Origin: Polyangiaceae bacterium
GTDB lineage: Bacteria > Myxococcota_A > Polyangia > Polyangiales > Polyangiaceae
DNA length: 64,000 nt
Assembly: GCA_050287085.1 (NCBI GenBank)
Contig: JBNKBE010000006.1
Coordinates: 10,281 to 74,280, forward strand
Reading direction: 5' to 3'
In this document: piece after piece, positions 37,572-47,231 of the stretch
How the letters are laid out: each line of letters begins with the position of its first letter
Position numbering within the stretch: position 1 is the first letter of the stretch
Translations under genes and position numbers: made by a program
The notes under the pieces: generated by a model
The model's input: only the letters and a program-made list of their open reading frames with translations
Database searches by the model: none
What the model was told of the DNA's origin: nothing

Positions 37572-40253
37572 TCAGACGTGAGCGCTGTAGAGCTTCTCTG
37601 GATCCACGCCTAGGTCGGCGATCGCCTGCGCCACCAACGCCCCTGATACTTTGCCCTCCAAGCGGAGCGCATCGAGGGCGCCAATCACAATCGACTCGGC
37701 GTCGACTTCGAAGTGTCGACGCAGCGCCTCTCGCGTGTCGCTCATGCCAAAGCCGTCGGTCCCCAGTGCAACGTAGCGCCCCGGGACCCACCGCGCGATC
37801 TGGTCTTGAACCAAGGTCATGTAGTCGCTGGCGGCGATGACGGGCCCTTCGCTGCCGGCAAACGACTGCGAAACGTAGGGAACACGCGCTTCGGCCTCGG
37901 GATGCAGTCGATTGTAGCGCTCACACTCGAGAGCTTCGCGTCGCAGGAGTTGATAGCTGGTGACACCCCAGATGTCGGCTCCCACGTCGTAGCGCTCCGC
38001 CAGGATCTCGGCGGCTCGCAAGACCTGCAACATGATGCACCCGCTGCCGAGCAACTGCACACGGTGCGTCTTTGCTTCGCCAGACTGGTAGCGATACATC
38101 CCGCGCAGAATCCCCTCCTGGGCCCCCTCGGGCATCGGAGGCATCGGGTAGTTCTCATTCTGCAGCGTGATATAGTAGTAGATGTTTTCGCCTTCGGCGT
38201 ACATCCGGCGCAAGCCATCCTGAACGATCGTCGCAAGCTCGAAAGCAAAACTGCAATCGTAGGCGAGAATGGAGGGATAAGTCGCCGCAAGCAGCAGCGA
38301 GTGACCATCCTCATGCTGAAGCCCCTCGCCATTGAGCGTGGTGCGCCCCGCCGTAGCGCCGAGCAAGAAGCCACGCCCCATCTGATCGCAACAGGCCCAC
38401 ATCTGATCCCCGGTCCGCTGAAAGCCGAACATCGAGTAGAAGATGTAGAACGGGATCATCGGCTCGCCGAAGGTCGAGTAACTGGCCGCCGCCGCGGTAA
38501 ACGACGCCATCGAACCGGCCTCCGTGATCCCTTCCTCGAAGACCTGCCCGTTCTTTGCTTCGCGGTAGTACAGCACTCGCCCCTTATCAACGGGCTCATA
38601 GAGCTGTCCCTTGGACGAGTAGATACCCACCTGGGAAAACAACGCATCCATCCCAAAGGTGCGAGCTTCGTCGGGAACGATTGGAACGACGCGCCGCCCT
38701 ACCTCTTTGTCCCGGATAAGCTTTGAAAGCAGACGCGCGAATACCATTGTGGTGGAGGCTTCGCCCGCTTTCATGCCGCCCATGAACTCGTCGTAGAGGC
38801 TGGCCCCCGGCAGGGTGATCGGCACCTGCGACTTGGCGCGACGAACCGGGATGCAGCCCCCCAGAGCCTGTCGCCGTTCCATCAGGTATTGGATCTCCTC
38901 GCTGTCGCGTCCTGGGCGATAGAAAGGAGCCTCCTCCAACTTGTCATCAGGAACGGGGAGATCTAGGAGGTCGCGGAAGCGGCGCAAATCCTCCAGGTCC
39001 ATCTTCTTCTTTTGATGGGTGACATTGCTGCCCTCGAAGTTGGGTCCCAAAGTCCAGCCTTTGACGGTGTGCGCCAATACCACCGTGGGACGTCCCTTGG
39101 TGTTTACGGCTCTGTCGTAGGCTGAATAGATCTTACTGTAGCTGTGCCCGCCCCGCCGCAAGCGCTCCAGCTGCTCGTCCGATAGATGACTGACGAGCTC
39201 GAGCAAGCGCGGATCCGAGCCGAAAAAGTGCTGCCGAATGTACGCGCCGGAGCTCGTCGTATACTTCTGGAACGCGCCGTCCACGACCTCGTTCATACGC
39301 CGACGCAACACGCCTTCCGTGTCGCGTGCGAGGATTCCGTCCCATTCTGGACCCCAGATGCACTTGACCACGTTCCAGCCGGAGCCCCGAAACACCGCTT
39401 CCAGCTCCTGGACGATCTTGCCGTTGCCACGGACCGGCCCATCAAGGCGCTGCAGATTGCAGTTGATGACGAAGGTCAGGTTATCCAACCCTTCGCGCGC
39501 TGCGACGTGCAGCGCGCCCAAGCTCTCGGGCTCGTCGCATTCTCCGTCGCCCAAGAAGGCCCACACGCGGACGTTGGAGGTGTCGGCAAGCCCGCGGTTG
39601 GCCAGGTAACGGCTAAACCGCGCCTGGTAAATCGCACTGATGGGACCGATCCCCATGCTGACGGTCGGGAATTGCCAGAAGTCCGGCATTAGACGCGGAT
39701 GAGGGTATGAGGAAAGCCCCGGCTGCGCGCCCGCCTCACGCCGAAAGTGGTCTAGCTGGTCCGCTTCTAGTCGGCCCTCGACGAAGGCGCGCGAGTAGAT
39801 CCCCGGCGCGGCATGCCCCTGGTAGTAGATGAGGTCGCCAATGCCATCCTTGGCGGGCCCCTTGAAGAAGTGGTTGAAGCCGACCTCGTAGAGGCTGGCG
39901 CTCGAAGCGTAGCTGGAGAGATGCCCCCCGATACCGCTGAAGCGCTTGTTGGCTCTTTGAACCATCGCCATCGCATTCCAGCGGACGATGCGACGAATGC
40001 GCTTCTCGATCCCCGCGTCCCCCGGAAACGCCGGCTCCTCCTCAGCTGGAATGGTGTTCACGTAGTCCGTGCTGACAGGCAGCTCAGGCAGCGCACTTGC
40101 GCGGCCGGCGCGTTCGACCAAACGCTGAAGCACGTAGCGGGTGCGGCCCTTGCCGCGCGCGGCAACAAGCGAGTCGAGCGAATCAAGCCAGTCGGCAGTC
40201 TCGCTGGGGTCTTGGTCCAAGAGGTCTGTGGAAGTGATGTCAGATTGGGTCAC
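37572..40253 (-). CDS. aceE: Pyruvate dehydrogenase E1, homodimeric type
   Basis: DPSETADWL, GGHLSSYASS, QFPTVSMG, GDGECDEPE, PDEARTFGM, YSMFGFQR, GTDGFG. Confidence 0.97.
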   Translation of the reverse strand: MTQSDITSTDLLDQDPSETADWLDSLDSLVAARGKGRTRYVLQRLVERAGRASALPELPVSTDYVNTIPAEEEPAFPGDAGIEKRIRRIVRWNAMAMVQRANKRFSGIGGHLSSYASSASLYEVGFNHFFKGPAKDGIGDLIYYQGHAAPGIYSRAFVEGRLEADQLDHFRREAGAQPGLSSYPHPRLMPDFWQFPTVSMGIGPISAIYQARFSRYLANRGLADTSNVRVWAFLGDGECDEPESLGALHVAAREGLDNLTFVINCNLQRLDGPVRGNGKIVQELEAVFRGSGWNVVKCIWGPEWDGILARDTEGVLRRRMNEVVDGAFQKYTTSSGAYIRQHFFGSDPRLLELVSHLSDEQLERLRRGGHSYSKIYSAYDRAVNTKGRPTVVLAHTVKGWTLGPNFEGSNVTHQKKKMDLEDLRRFRDLLDLPVPDDKLEEAPFYRPGRDSEEIQYLMERRQALGGCIPVRRAKSQVPITLPGASLYDEFMGGMKAGEASTTMVFARLLSKLIRDKEVGRRVVPIVPDEARTFGMDALFSQVGIYSSKGQLYEPVDKGRVLYYREAKNGQVFEEGITEAGSMASFTAAAASYSTFGEPMIPFYIFYSMFGFQRTGDQMWACCDQMGRGFLLGATAGRTTLNGEGLQHEDGHSLLLAATYPSILAYDCSFAFELATIVQDGLRRMYAEGENIYYYITLQNENYPMPPMPEGAQEGILRGMYRYQSGEAKTHRVQLLGSGCIMLQVLRAAEILAERYDVGADIWGVTSYQLLRREALECERYNRLHPEAEARVPYVSQSFAGSEGPVIAASDYMTLVQDQIARWVPGRYVALGTDGFGMSDTREALRRHFEVDAESIVIGALDALRLEGKVSGALVAQAIADLGVDPEKLYSAHV

Positions 40254-40750
40254 GATGGCCTTTTGCTGCGTTCGGCGTGTGCACTGCGGGCACCGTTGCT
40301 GAACTCGTGTTGCCGTTGCATTGCCGCTTGTGCGGCCGCGGTAAACTGGTGCTTTGGACAGGGGACCCTAGCGCGTGCCGGAGGTCGAAGGTAAGCCGTT
40401 TTTCGGCCGTACACACATCCGCCGCGCCCTATTCCGGGCGGGCATCCAGCGGCTTTCGGCCGCGCCTTTGAGCTCGGAAACGCCCGCGTCATGCACCCAC
40501 GCCCGGAAACCGTCGAGCAACACGCCATGGCGCAGAGCGTCATGGCACGGTCCGCTCTTGGCCGGCCCAGTCGACAGTGGGGACGCCGGCCCCACACGCC
40601 GTCCGAGCAGCCCGGTCGCCTTCGCTCAGTCAAGACGCCAACCCGCATTTGGTCGCGGAACCGTTTTTCCGTCCGCACAGACCGCCACTCGCCCGAGTAA
40701 ACCCAATGATGACTCGCGCAAGGGAACTTCGAGCTCCACAACCTTCGTCC

Positions 40751-41923
40751 ATGCAGCCCCGCATCGTCGCTGTCCTCACGTTCGCCGTCGTAAGCCTGGG
40801 CTTGTTGTCCCTTGGCCACTACTACCTCTGGAGCCGCCTCGTCCGCGACACACAGCTCCCGAGTCCCTGGCGCAAGCCTCTGGCCCTCGCGTTGATCGTG
40901 TTGGGCGTCAACCTCCCCCTCGGCATCGTTCTCCCTCGCTGGTTTGGGGGCGTATGGGTGAGCCTCTGGGCAAGGCTCGTACTCGCTTGGCTAGGCACCC
41001 TGTGGCTGCTGCTGGCGGCCACCGCCGCGCTCGAACTTGTGCGACGGCTGCTGCAAGTGGCGCAACCAAAACGAGCTCTCGACCCGACGCGGCGCAACGC
41101 GCTCAAACGCCTCACGGGCATCGGTGCAGCCGGTCTGGGGGGTGGCGCCGCCCTTGTCGCCCTCGCAGAAGCCGGCAAGATCACGCTTCCCGAGGTCGAA
41201 GTCTCCCTTCCGCGCCTTCCGCGTCCATTCGATGGTCTACGGATCGCCCATCTGAGCGACGTGCACGTCGGCCCCACCCTCCAGCGCGACTTCGTCGAGA
41301 GCCTGGTGGAACAAGTCAACGCCAGAAGCCCGGACCTCGTTGTCATCACAGGCGACTTGGTGGACGGGAGCGTCGCTCAGCTCAAGGAGTGCGTCGCTCC
41401 GCTGTCGAAGCTGCGCTCGCGCTTTGGGACGTTTTTTGTGACGGGCAATCACGAGTACTACTCCGGGGCCGAAGAGTGGTGCCAGCATCTGCCATCGCTA
41501 GGGATCCGCGTGCTCCGCAATGAGTCCGAGCCGTTGGAGCTCGACGGCCACCGGATTCAAGTCGCGGGAGTGGAAGACTTCCATGCCGATCGTTACGGTT
41601 CGCCCTCCGAGCTCGTCCGAGCCCTGAGCCAGCGGGTTCCCAATGAAGTGGTCGTATTGCTAGCGCATCAACCTCGCTCCGTTTACGAAGCAGCCGCCTT
41701 GGACGTCGACCTGCAGTTGAGCGGGCACACGCACGGCGGCCAGCTGTGGCCCTTCAACTGGCTCGTACGACTGCAACAACCCGTGGTCGCCGGCCTGGAA
41801 CGAATCGGCTCAACGCTGGTATACGTCAGCCGCGGCACCGGGTACTGGGGACCCCCGATGCGACTGGGTGCCCCCGCCGAGATCGCCCTCATCACGTTGC
41901 GGAGCTCAGCTGCGACGGCCTAG
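40751..41923 (+). CDS. Membrane-bound metallophosphoesterase (YkuE-like)
   Basis: SDVH, GDLVD, GNHE, LAHQP, SGHTHGGQ. Three N-terminal TM helices plus TRRNALK before a fourth. Alternative ATG near 40706. Confidence 0.9.
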   Translation: MQPRIVAVLTFAVVSLGLLSLGHYYLWSRLVRDTQLPSPWRKPLALALIVLGVNLPLGIVLPRWFGGVWVSLWARLVLAWLGTLWLLLAATAALELVRRLLQVAQPKRALDPTRRNALKRLTGIGAAGLGGGAALVALAEAGKITLPEVEVSLPRLPRPFDGLRIAHLSDVHVGPTLQRDFVESLVEQVNARSPDLVVITGDLVDGSVAQLKECVAPLSKLRSRFGTFFVTGNHEYYSGAEEWCQHLPSLGIRVLRNESEPLELDGHRIQVAGVEDFHADRYGSPSELVRALSQRVPNEVVVLLAHQPRSVYEAAALDVDLQLSGHTHGGQLWPFNWLVRLQQPVVAGLERIGSTLVYVSRGTGYWGPPMRLGAPAEIALITLRSSAATA

Positions 41924-42174
41924 CCAAAGCTTGATTGATAGTCGGTCCGGAGCTACCCCACCGGGCTTTGCCAAGTCCTCGGCGAACGCCGGTCCCGACT
42001 GAACCGTTGCCCTCGCAGTCGCACGCAATCATCAGCAAGGCGTGCTTCAACCGGCCCCCCGAAAACCGAACCCCCTCCCACCGGCCGACCCCCGAAGCGC
42101 GGGGAGCGAACAACTCGCTCCCCCCTCCTCCGATCAAAGCTCCGGCCTAGCCCAGCCGACGACGCCACGCACTG

Positions 42175-43740
42175 CTAATCAATAGATACGCCGCACTGCC
42201 GCAAAATGCTGCGCGCGACGCGAATCCCGTCCAACGCAGCACTCATGATGCCGCCAGCGTACCCTGCCCCTTCCCCGGCGGGATACAGTCCCTCGAAGCC
42301 GGGCACACTACACCTCTCGTCGCGTACGACTCGGACAGGGCAACTGGTCCGCGATTCGACCCCGACGAGCACAGCTTCGTCGCGTACGAAACCCTCGAGC
42401 TGCTTTCCAAAGTGCTGAATGCCTCGACGCAGGGGTTCGACCAACGCAAGCCCCGTACAATCCAGAACGGTGCTCAAATCTGTCGCAACGAGCCCGGGGA
42501 CGTAGCTGGAGTCGGGAACCGAGCTGGAAGCGCGGCCCCTCAGGAAATCCGGGATGCGCGTTGCCGGAGCCGCTAATCCAGAGCCGGCATCCCACGCGGC
42601 GCGCTCGATCGCCGCTTGTGCCTCAACCCCCGCCAGGGGACCCACAAATCCGGCGCGCGCCAAGGCCTCGAGAGTCACACCTACGACGATCCCGCTGTTT
42701 GCGTAGCGGGAGTCTCGCCGCGAAAGGCTCATGCCATTGACGACCAATTCACCAGGACTGGTGGAAGCCGGGACGATGAAGCCGCCAGGACACATGCAGA
42801 ACGAAAACACCGGGGGCTCCTGCCGACTGTCCACCAGCTTGTAGTAAGCTGCGGGCAACGACGGATGCTGAGCGTGACGGCCGTATTGGGCAGAATTGAC
42901 GACCGTCTGAGGGTGCTCGACCCGAACTCCGACGGCAAATGGCTTCGCCTCGAGAGGGACACCGATCTGCTGCAACATGACAAAGACATCACGTGCCGAA
43001 TGCCCCGTTGCCAGAACGAGGTGCGCTGCCTCTAGCCGCTCCCCGCTGTGCAGGTGTACCACGTGCCGCCCGGGTCGCTCCCTGGCGATCGCCGATACGC
43101 GACTATCGAAGCGGAACTGTACCCCCTCAGCCTCGAGCGCTGCGCGCATGGAAGAGACTACCTGGGGCAGGCGATTGCTCCCGATGTGCGGGCGAGCGTC
43201 CACCAGGATGGCGTCTGGCGCGCCGTGATGCACAAGGGTACGCAGCACGTCGCGAACGTCACCACGCTTATGCGAACGGGTGTAGAGTTTTCCGTCGCTA
43301 TACGTCCCGGCGCCACCTTCACCGAAGCAGTAGTTGCTATCTGGATTGACCGTACCTTTGCGCGTAAGTCCCTTCAGGTCCTTTCGGCGCGGCTGCACGG
43401 GCTTGCCACGCTCCAGCACGGTGCTCCCTACCCCAAAGCGAGCCAACTCGTAGGCACAGAACAGCCCTGTGGGACCGTCTCCAACGATATACACGCGCTC
43501 GTCACGCTCGGTGACGCGCAGGGGTCGCAGCGGCGGCTCCGGCGTTGGCTCGACCTCGACGTGGTGCACAAAGCGCACGCGCCCGCGCCGACAATCGAGC
43601 GAGCGCCGGCGCACCACGTATCGGGGCAGCTCAGCCACGTCCACGCGCAGCGCCGTTGCCAACGCCCGCGCCAAAGCGCTGACATCCGCCTCTTCATCCG
43701 GCGAAAGCGAAAGCGTTACAGCGCGCACGTCAGCGGTCAT
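42175..43740 (-). CDS. FAD-dependent oxidoreductase (uncharacterised family)
   Basis: VGDGPTG, FGEGGAGTYSDGKL, PHIGSN, FCMCPGG, GEGAGYAGGIMSAA. Confidence 0.9.
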   Translation of the reverse strand: MTADVRAVTLSLSPDEEADVSALARALATALRVDVAELPRYVVRRRSLDCRRGRVRFVHHVEVEPTPEPPLRPLRVTERDERVYIVGDGPTGLFCAYELARFGVGSTVLERGKPVQPRRKDLKGLTRKGTVNPDSNYCFGEGGAGTYSDGKLYTRSHKRGDVRDVLRTLVHHGAPDAILVDARPHIGSNRLPQVVSSMRAALEAEGVQFRFDSRVSAIARERPGRHVVHLHSGERLEAAHLVLATGHSARDVFVMLQQIGVPLEAKPFAVGVRVEHPQTVVNSAQYGRHAQHPSLPAAYYKLVDSRQEPPVFSFCMCPGGFIVPASTSPGELVVNGMSLSRRDSRYANSGIVVGVTLEALARAGFVGPLAGVEAQAAIERAAWDAGSGLAAPATRIPDFLRGRASSSVPDSSYVPGLVATDLSTVLDCTGLALVEPLRRGIQHFGKQLEGFVRDEAVLVGVESRTSCPVRVVRDERCSVPGFEGLYPAGEGAGYAGGIMSAALDGIRVARSILRQCGVSID

Positions 43741-46700
43741 GACGGGTGGACCTCACGAACCGAGCCATTCGGCGTCTCCGACGATAGTACATGAAGGCCG
43801 AGTCGCTCGCTCGGCACTACGGCCTGTGCCAAGTCGACCAAACGCGAGTGATGAGTAAAGAAGACGACCTGGGTTTCCATCGCAACCTCGGACAAGACCT
43901 CGAGTGCAGCACGCGCCCGGTGATCGTCGAAGTGGATCAGGATGTCGTCGAGCACCAGGGGCATTGCACGACGGTGTTTCAGAAAGTGCAGCAGGCTGGC
44001 CAGACGGAGCGCCAGGTAGAGCTGATCGCGCGTGCCATCACTGAGTTGCGACACTTCGACCTCAGCGCCGTTCGCCTGCACGCAAAGCAAGATTTGCTGG
44101 TCCTTCCGGTCGAAGCCGGTCCGGAGCCCCGTATATTGTCCACACGTAAGTCGAGGGAATAGCTGCTGGGCGTGGGTTATGACCGGTCCTTGATGCGCCT
44201 CGCGGTAGCGCTCTATCTCTTGTTCCAAAAGCAGCGCGGCGAGCCGGAGACGTACGTACTCAGCAGCCGAGCGCTTCAGCGAGGCGACCTCTGCCGCAAG
44301 TTCTTCGGCCGCGCGATTGGCCCCGGAGCGGAAGCGATTCAGTTCGCGTTCAAGGGTCGCGCGCCGCTCGACAACGGCTTCGATGCGCTCCTCAATGGGT
44401 CGTATCAGCTCACCGATGGCGCTCCGCCGTTCCTCCGCGTGCTCGGTATCCAGCGCTGCCACCTCCTCCACCAAGCGTGCAAGCTCTCGTCCGCCGCCCT
44501 GCGCCAAGATGTCCGTCACCAAGTTCTCACGTTGCGCCTCCAGCGCACGTGCCTTCTCTAGGCGCTGCTCCAGCTCGACCAACTGCTCGAGGTCCTGGGC
44601 TCCGGCGCGCTGCATGAGCTCCTGCAGGCGCTGCTCCGCCTCGGCCATGAGCCCGCTCGCACGCCGAGAAGCCGTGGCGTGCTGTTCGCAGTCCGCCTCA
44701 AGCTGAAGACGTGTCACCTGATCAGCCAGATACTGACGCTGGGCCGCGATGAATGTGGTCACGCACTCGTCCGTAGACGTCGAAGACGGCATTGGCATAA
44801 CACGATCCAGTACCTGGCGAATGTCGCGATCGAGCTCGCCTGCGTCCCGTCGCATGCTCTCAATACGCCCGCCAAGGGCTTCAGCCTCGCTTACCTTCTG
44901 TTGAAGCTCCGTTCGGACGTCTAGCACGCCGTACACCGCGTCACTGCCAGCATCCTTGGACAAGGACAGGGCCTTCAAAGCCCGCTGCCATTCGCCTCGC
45001 CACTCCTTGTACTGAGTCTGCAGCTTGTTCACCTGTGCAGTGGCCTCATCGACGTCGGCGCTCGCAGCCTGAACCTGCTCCGTCAGCCGCGTATGGTTAT
45101 GCTCTGCGCTTCGGGCACGCGTCAGGCAGTCCTGCGCGCGGTCGACCAACTGCGGCAAGGACTCCCACATCATGTGCTCGGCTTCACCCGCTCGCTGCAA
45201 GGCCTCCGACAGTTCACGGGTGACTACCGCTACGTCCTTCTCCAATTCCCGAGCGCTCTCGAGCCAGCTCCTTCGCTCCTCCTCCTCCGAACGCTGCCGC
45301 TCCGCGCTGACGAGCCATGCGCGCATTTCCTCGGGGGAAGCCGGTTTCAGGTTAAGTTCTTGCCACACGCGTGCCCACTCTTCATCGATCGCGATGAGCG
45401 CCTGCGTTTCCTCCTCCAGCCGCTTTTCCAACCAAGTATCTTGCTCGGCCAATGCCTGCAGCTCGGACTGCAGTTGCGCTTTCTGACTGGTCCGCGTGGC
45501 CTCCGCCACCAGCCGGTCCCCGTAGACGTCACACGTGCGAATCGCTGCGCCCAGCGCTTGACGCGCTGCCGCATCCCAGCGCTTCGCTGAGAGCAGCTCA
45601 TCCCGATCCGCTCGAAGTTCCGACAGGCGCTGATGGTCGGGGACTTCTACGCCCCCTTCCAGAGCCCGCAGGTCAGCACGGACGCGAAGCTTGCGAGCCT
45701 CCGCTTCCTCGCGCCGTTCGAGCAAACGCCCACGTCGCTTGGCCCCCTCTGCGTAGCGCTGGGCGTACACCAGCACAGTCGACTCATCGGGCAAGGCGCG
45801 CTGCAAGAGCACTGCGGCGTCGCCTCCAAAACGCACCAGATCCTTGGCGGCGACCTCCAGCCGCAGCTGCAGCGCCGTCGCCCGCTCGCGCAATGCGTCC
45901 GCCCGTGACTTCTTGTCGAGTTGCGCCCGCGCGCGCTGCAGAGCTCGTTCCAAAGGCGCTGAAGGCGCTGGGGTGCGACTGGCCGCCAGGATCTTTTTGC
46001 GCTGACGCAAGGTCGCTGCGGCACTCTGAGCCTGTTCGGAGCGAGCCTGAAGCTGGGCTTCATAACGCGTCTTGTCGTCCGCGAGACGCCGGAGCTGAAG
46101 TTCCTGCGTGCGACTGAGCCGGTACTCGGAAGCGCTGCTAGGGTCGCCTTCGACCCCGAGCTCGCGCAGCAATCTCTCGATCTGGTGATGCAGGGCCGAC
46201 AGCTCACCCTCGCGTTTGGGCAGGTCGCGTTGCGCCTTGCGGTGCTGCCCAAGGCGCTCTGTGAAGTCCTCGCACAACCTCGGGTCAAGACCTTGCCACG
46301 ACGGCTGAACTGCAAGTCCATCGAGACGCTCGCGGGCTCGGCGTAGCTCTTCGGTGTATAGGGCCAGGTCGCGCTGCGCCTGATCACGGGCGTGCATCGC
46401 TTCGATTCGCCACTCTCGGACTTCAAGCGGCATGTGCGGAACAGGTCCGAGGCGCCTTAGCTGTTGCTCGATCTGGCGAAGACGCGCGACGTGCGGCACC
46501 AGCGCTAGCAATCGCAGCAAACCGCGCTCCTCGGCGCGCAGCGCGTCGCGTCGCGTCTTCAGTTCGTCCAGCTCGCGCTGTAGCTCCAGTAGGTCGCGTT
46601 CATGCTCGACAAAAGCACGTGCGCTCACCGAGGCCGCCGCCACGGCTTGTCGCGCCGAACGAACCGCCTCGATGCCCTGATTGATACGCTTTCGGCCGCG

Positions 46701-47231
46701 ACCGCGCTCGGTGAACAACTCGTCAGCACCACCGCGCAGACTCTGCAAGACCACGCGACTGCTGAGAGTGCCAGACCCAGCCCCAAACAGGCTCTCCGAC
46801 ACACTTCCAGACGCGTCCAAGAGCTCCTTTGCGCCGCGCCGGAGTCGTTCATGGTCGAGGCCGAACATGGCCGCGAAGAGTTGCTCATCAACCCCTTCGA
46901 GCAAGTCGAGCAGAACACTTTCCGACAGCGGGGCGCCGTCAGCGTCCAGCAACGTGTCCTTGCGCCCTTTGCGACGAAACAACGTCAGCGGCTCCCCCCC
47001 GTCGGCCTGCAGCGTCATGCCGATCCGGAGCTTTCTGGGCTCGTGCAGGAAGGCGTCCGGAGTCTCGTTGGGAATGCCGAAAAGGAAGTCTGATATGGCG
47101 CGCAGCGTAGTGCTCTTACCCGCTTCATTGAGACCGTAGACGACGTGCAGCCCAGCGCTTGGCTCACTGAAGTCGAGCTCCCGTGCCGTGAAGCGGCCGT
47201 ACGCGGCCAGATGCAGCTTGAGTAGTCTCAC
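43737..47231 (-). CDS. YhaN-family SMC/Rad50-like coiled-coil ATPase
   Basis: Walker A GLNEAGKST, long coiled coil, signature LSDGTRDQLYLALRL, Walker B LVLDD. Confidence 0.9.
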   Translation of the reverse strand: MRLLKLHLAAYGRFTARELDFSEPSAGLHVVYGLNEAGKSTTLRAISDFLFGIPNETPDAFLHEPRKLRIGMTLQADGGEPLTLFRRKGRKDTLLDADGAPLSESVLLDLLEGVDEQLFAAMFGLDHERLRRGAKELLDASGSVSESLFGAGSGTLSSRVVLQSLRGGADELFTERGRGRKRINQGIEAVRSARQAVAAASVSARAFVEHERDLLELQRELDELKTRRDALRAEERGLLRLLALVPHVARLRQIEQQLRRLGPVPHMPLEVREWRIEAMHARDQAQRDLALYTEELRRARERLDGLAVQPSWQGLDPRLCEDFTERLGQHRKAQRDLPKREGELSALHHQIERLLRELGVEGDPSSASEYRLSRTQELQLRRLADDKTRYEAQLQARSEQAQSAAATLRQRKKILAASRTPAPSAPLERALQRARAQLDKKSRADALRERATALQLRLEVAAKDLVRFGGDAAVLLQRALPDESTVLVYAQRYAEGAKRRGRLLERREEAEARKLRVRADLRALEGGVEVPDHQRLSELRADRDELLSAKRWDAAARQALGAAIRTCDVYGDRLVAEATRTSQKAQLQSELQALAEQDTWLEKRLEEETQALIAIDEEWARVWQELNLKPASPEEMRAWLVSAERQRSEEEERRSWLESARELEKDVAVVTRELSEALQRAGEAEHMMWESLPQLVDRAQDCLTRARSAEHNHTRLTEQVQAASADVDEATAQVNKLQTQYKEWRGEWQRALKALSLSKDAGSDAVYGVLDVRTELQQKVSEAEALGGRIESMRRDAGELDRDIRQVLDRVMPMPSSTSTDECVTTFIAAQRQYLADQVTRLQLEADCEQHATASRRASGLMAEAEQRLQELMQRAGAQDLEQLVELEQRLEKARALEAQRENLVTDILAQGGGRELARLVEEVAALDTEHAEERRSAIGELIRPIEERIEAVVERRATLERELNRFRSGANRAAEELAAEVASLKRSAAEYVRLRLAALLLEQEIERYREAHQGPVITHAQQLFPRLTCGQYTGLRTGFDRKDQQILLCVQANGAEVEVSQLSDGTRDQLYLALRLASLLHFLKHRRAMPLVLDDILIHFDDHRARAALEVLSEVAMETQVVFFTHHSRLVDLAQAVVPSERLGLHVLSSETPNGSVREVHPS

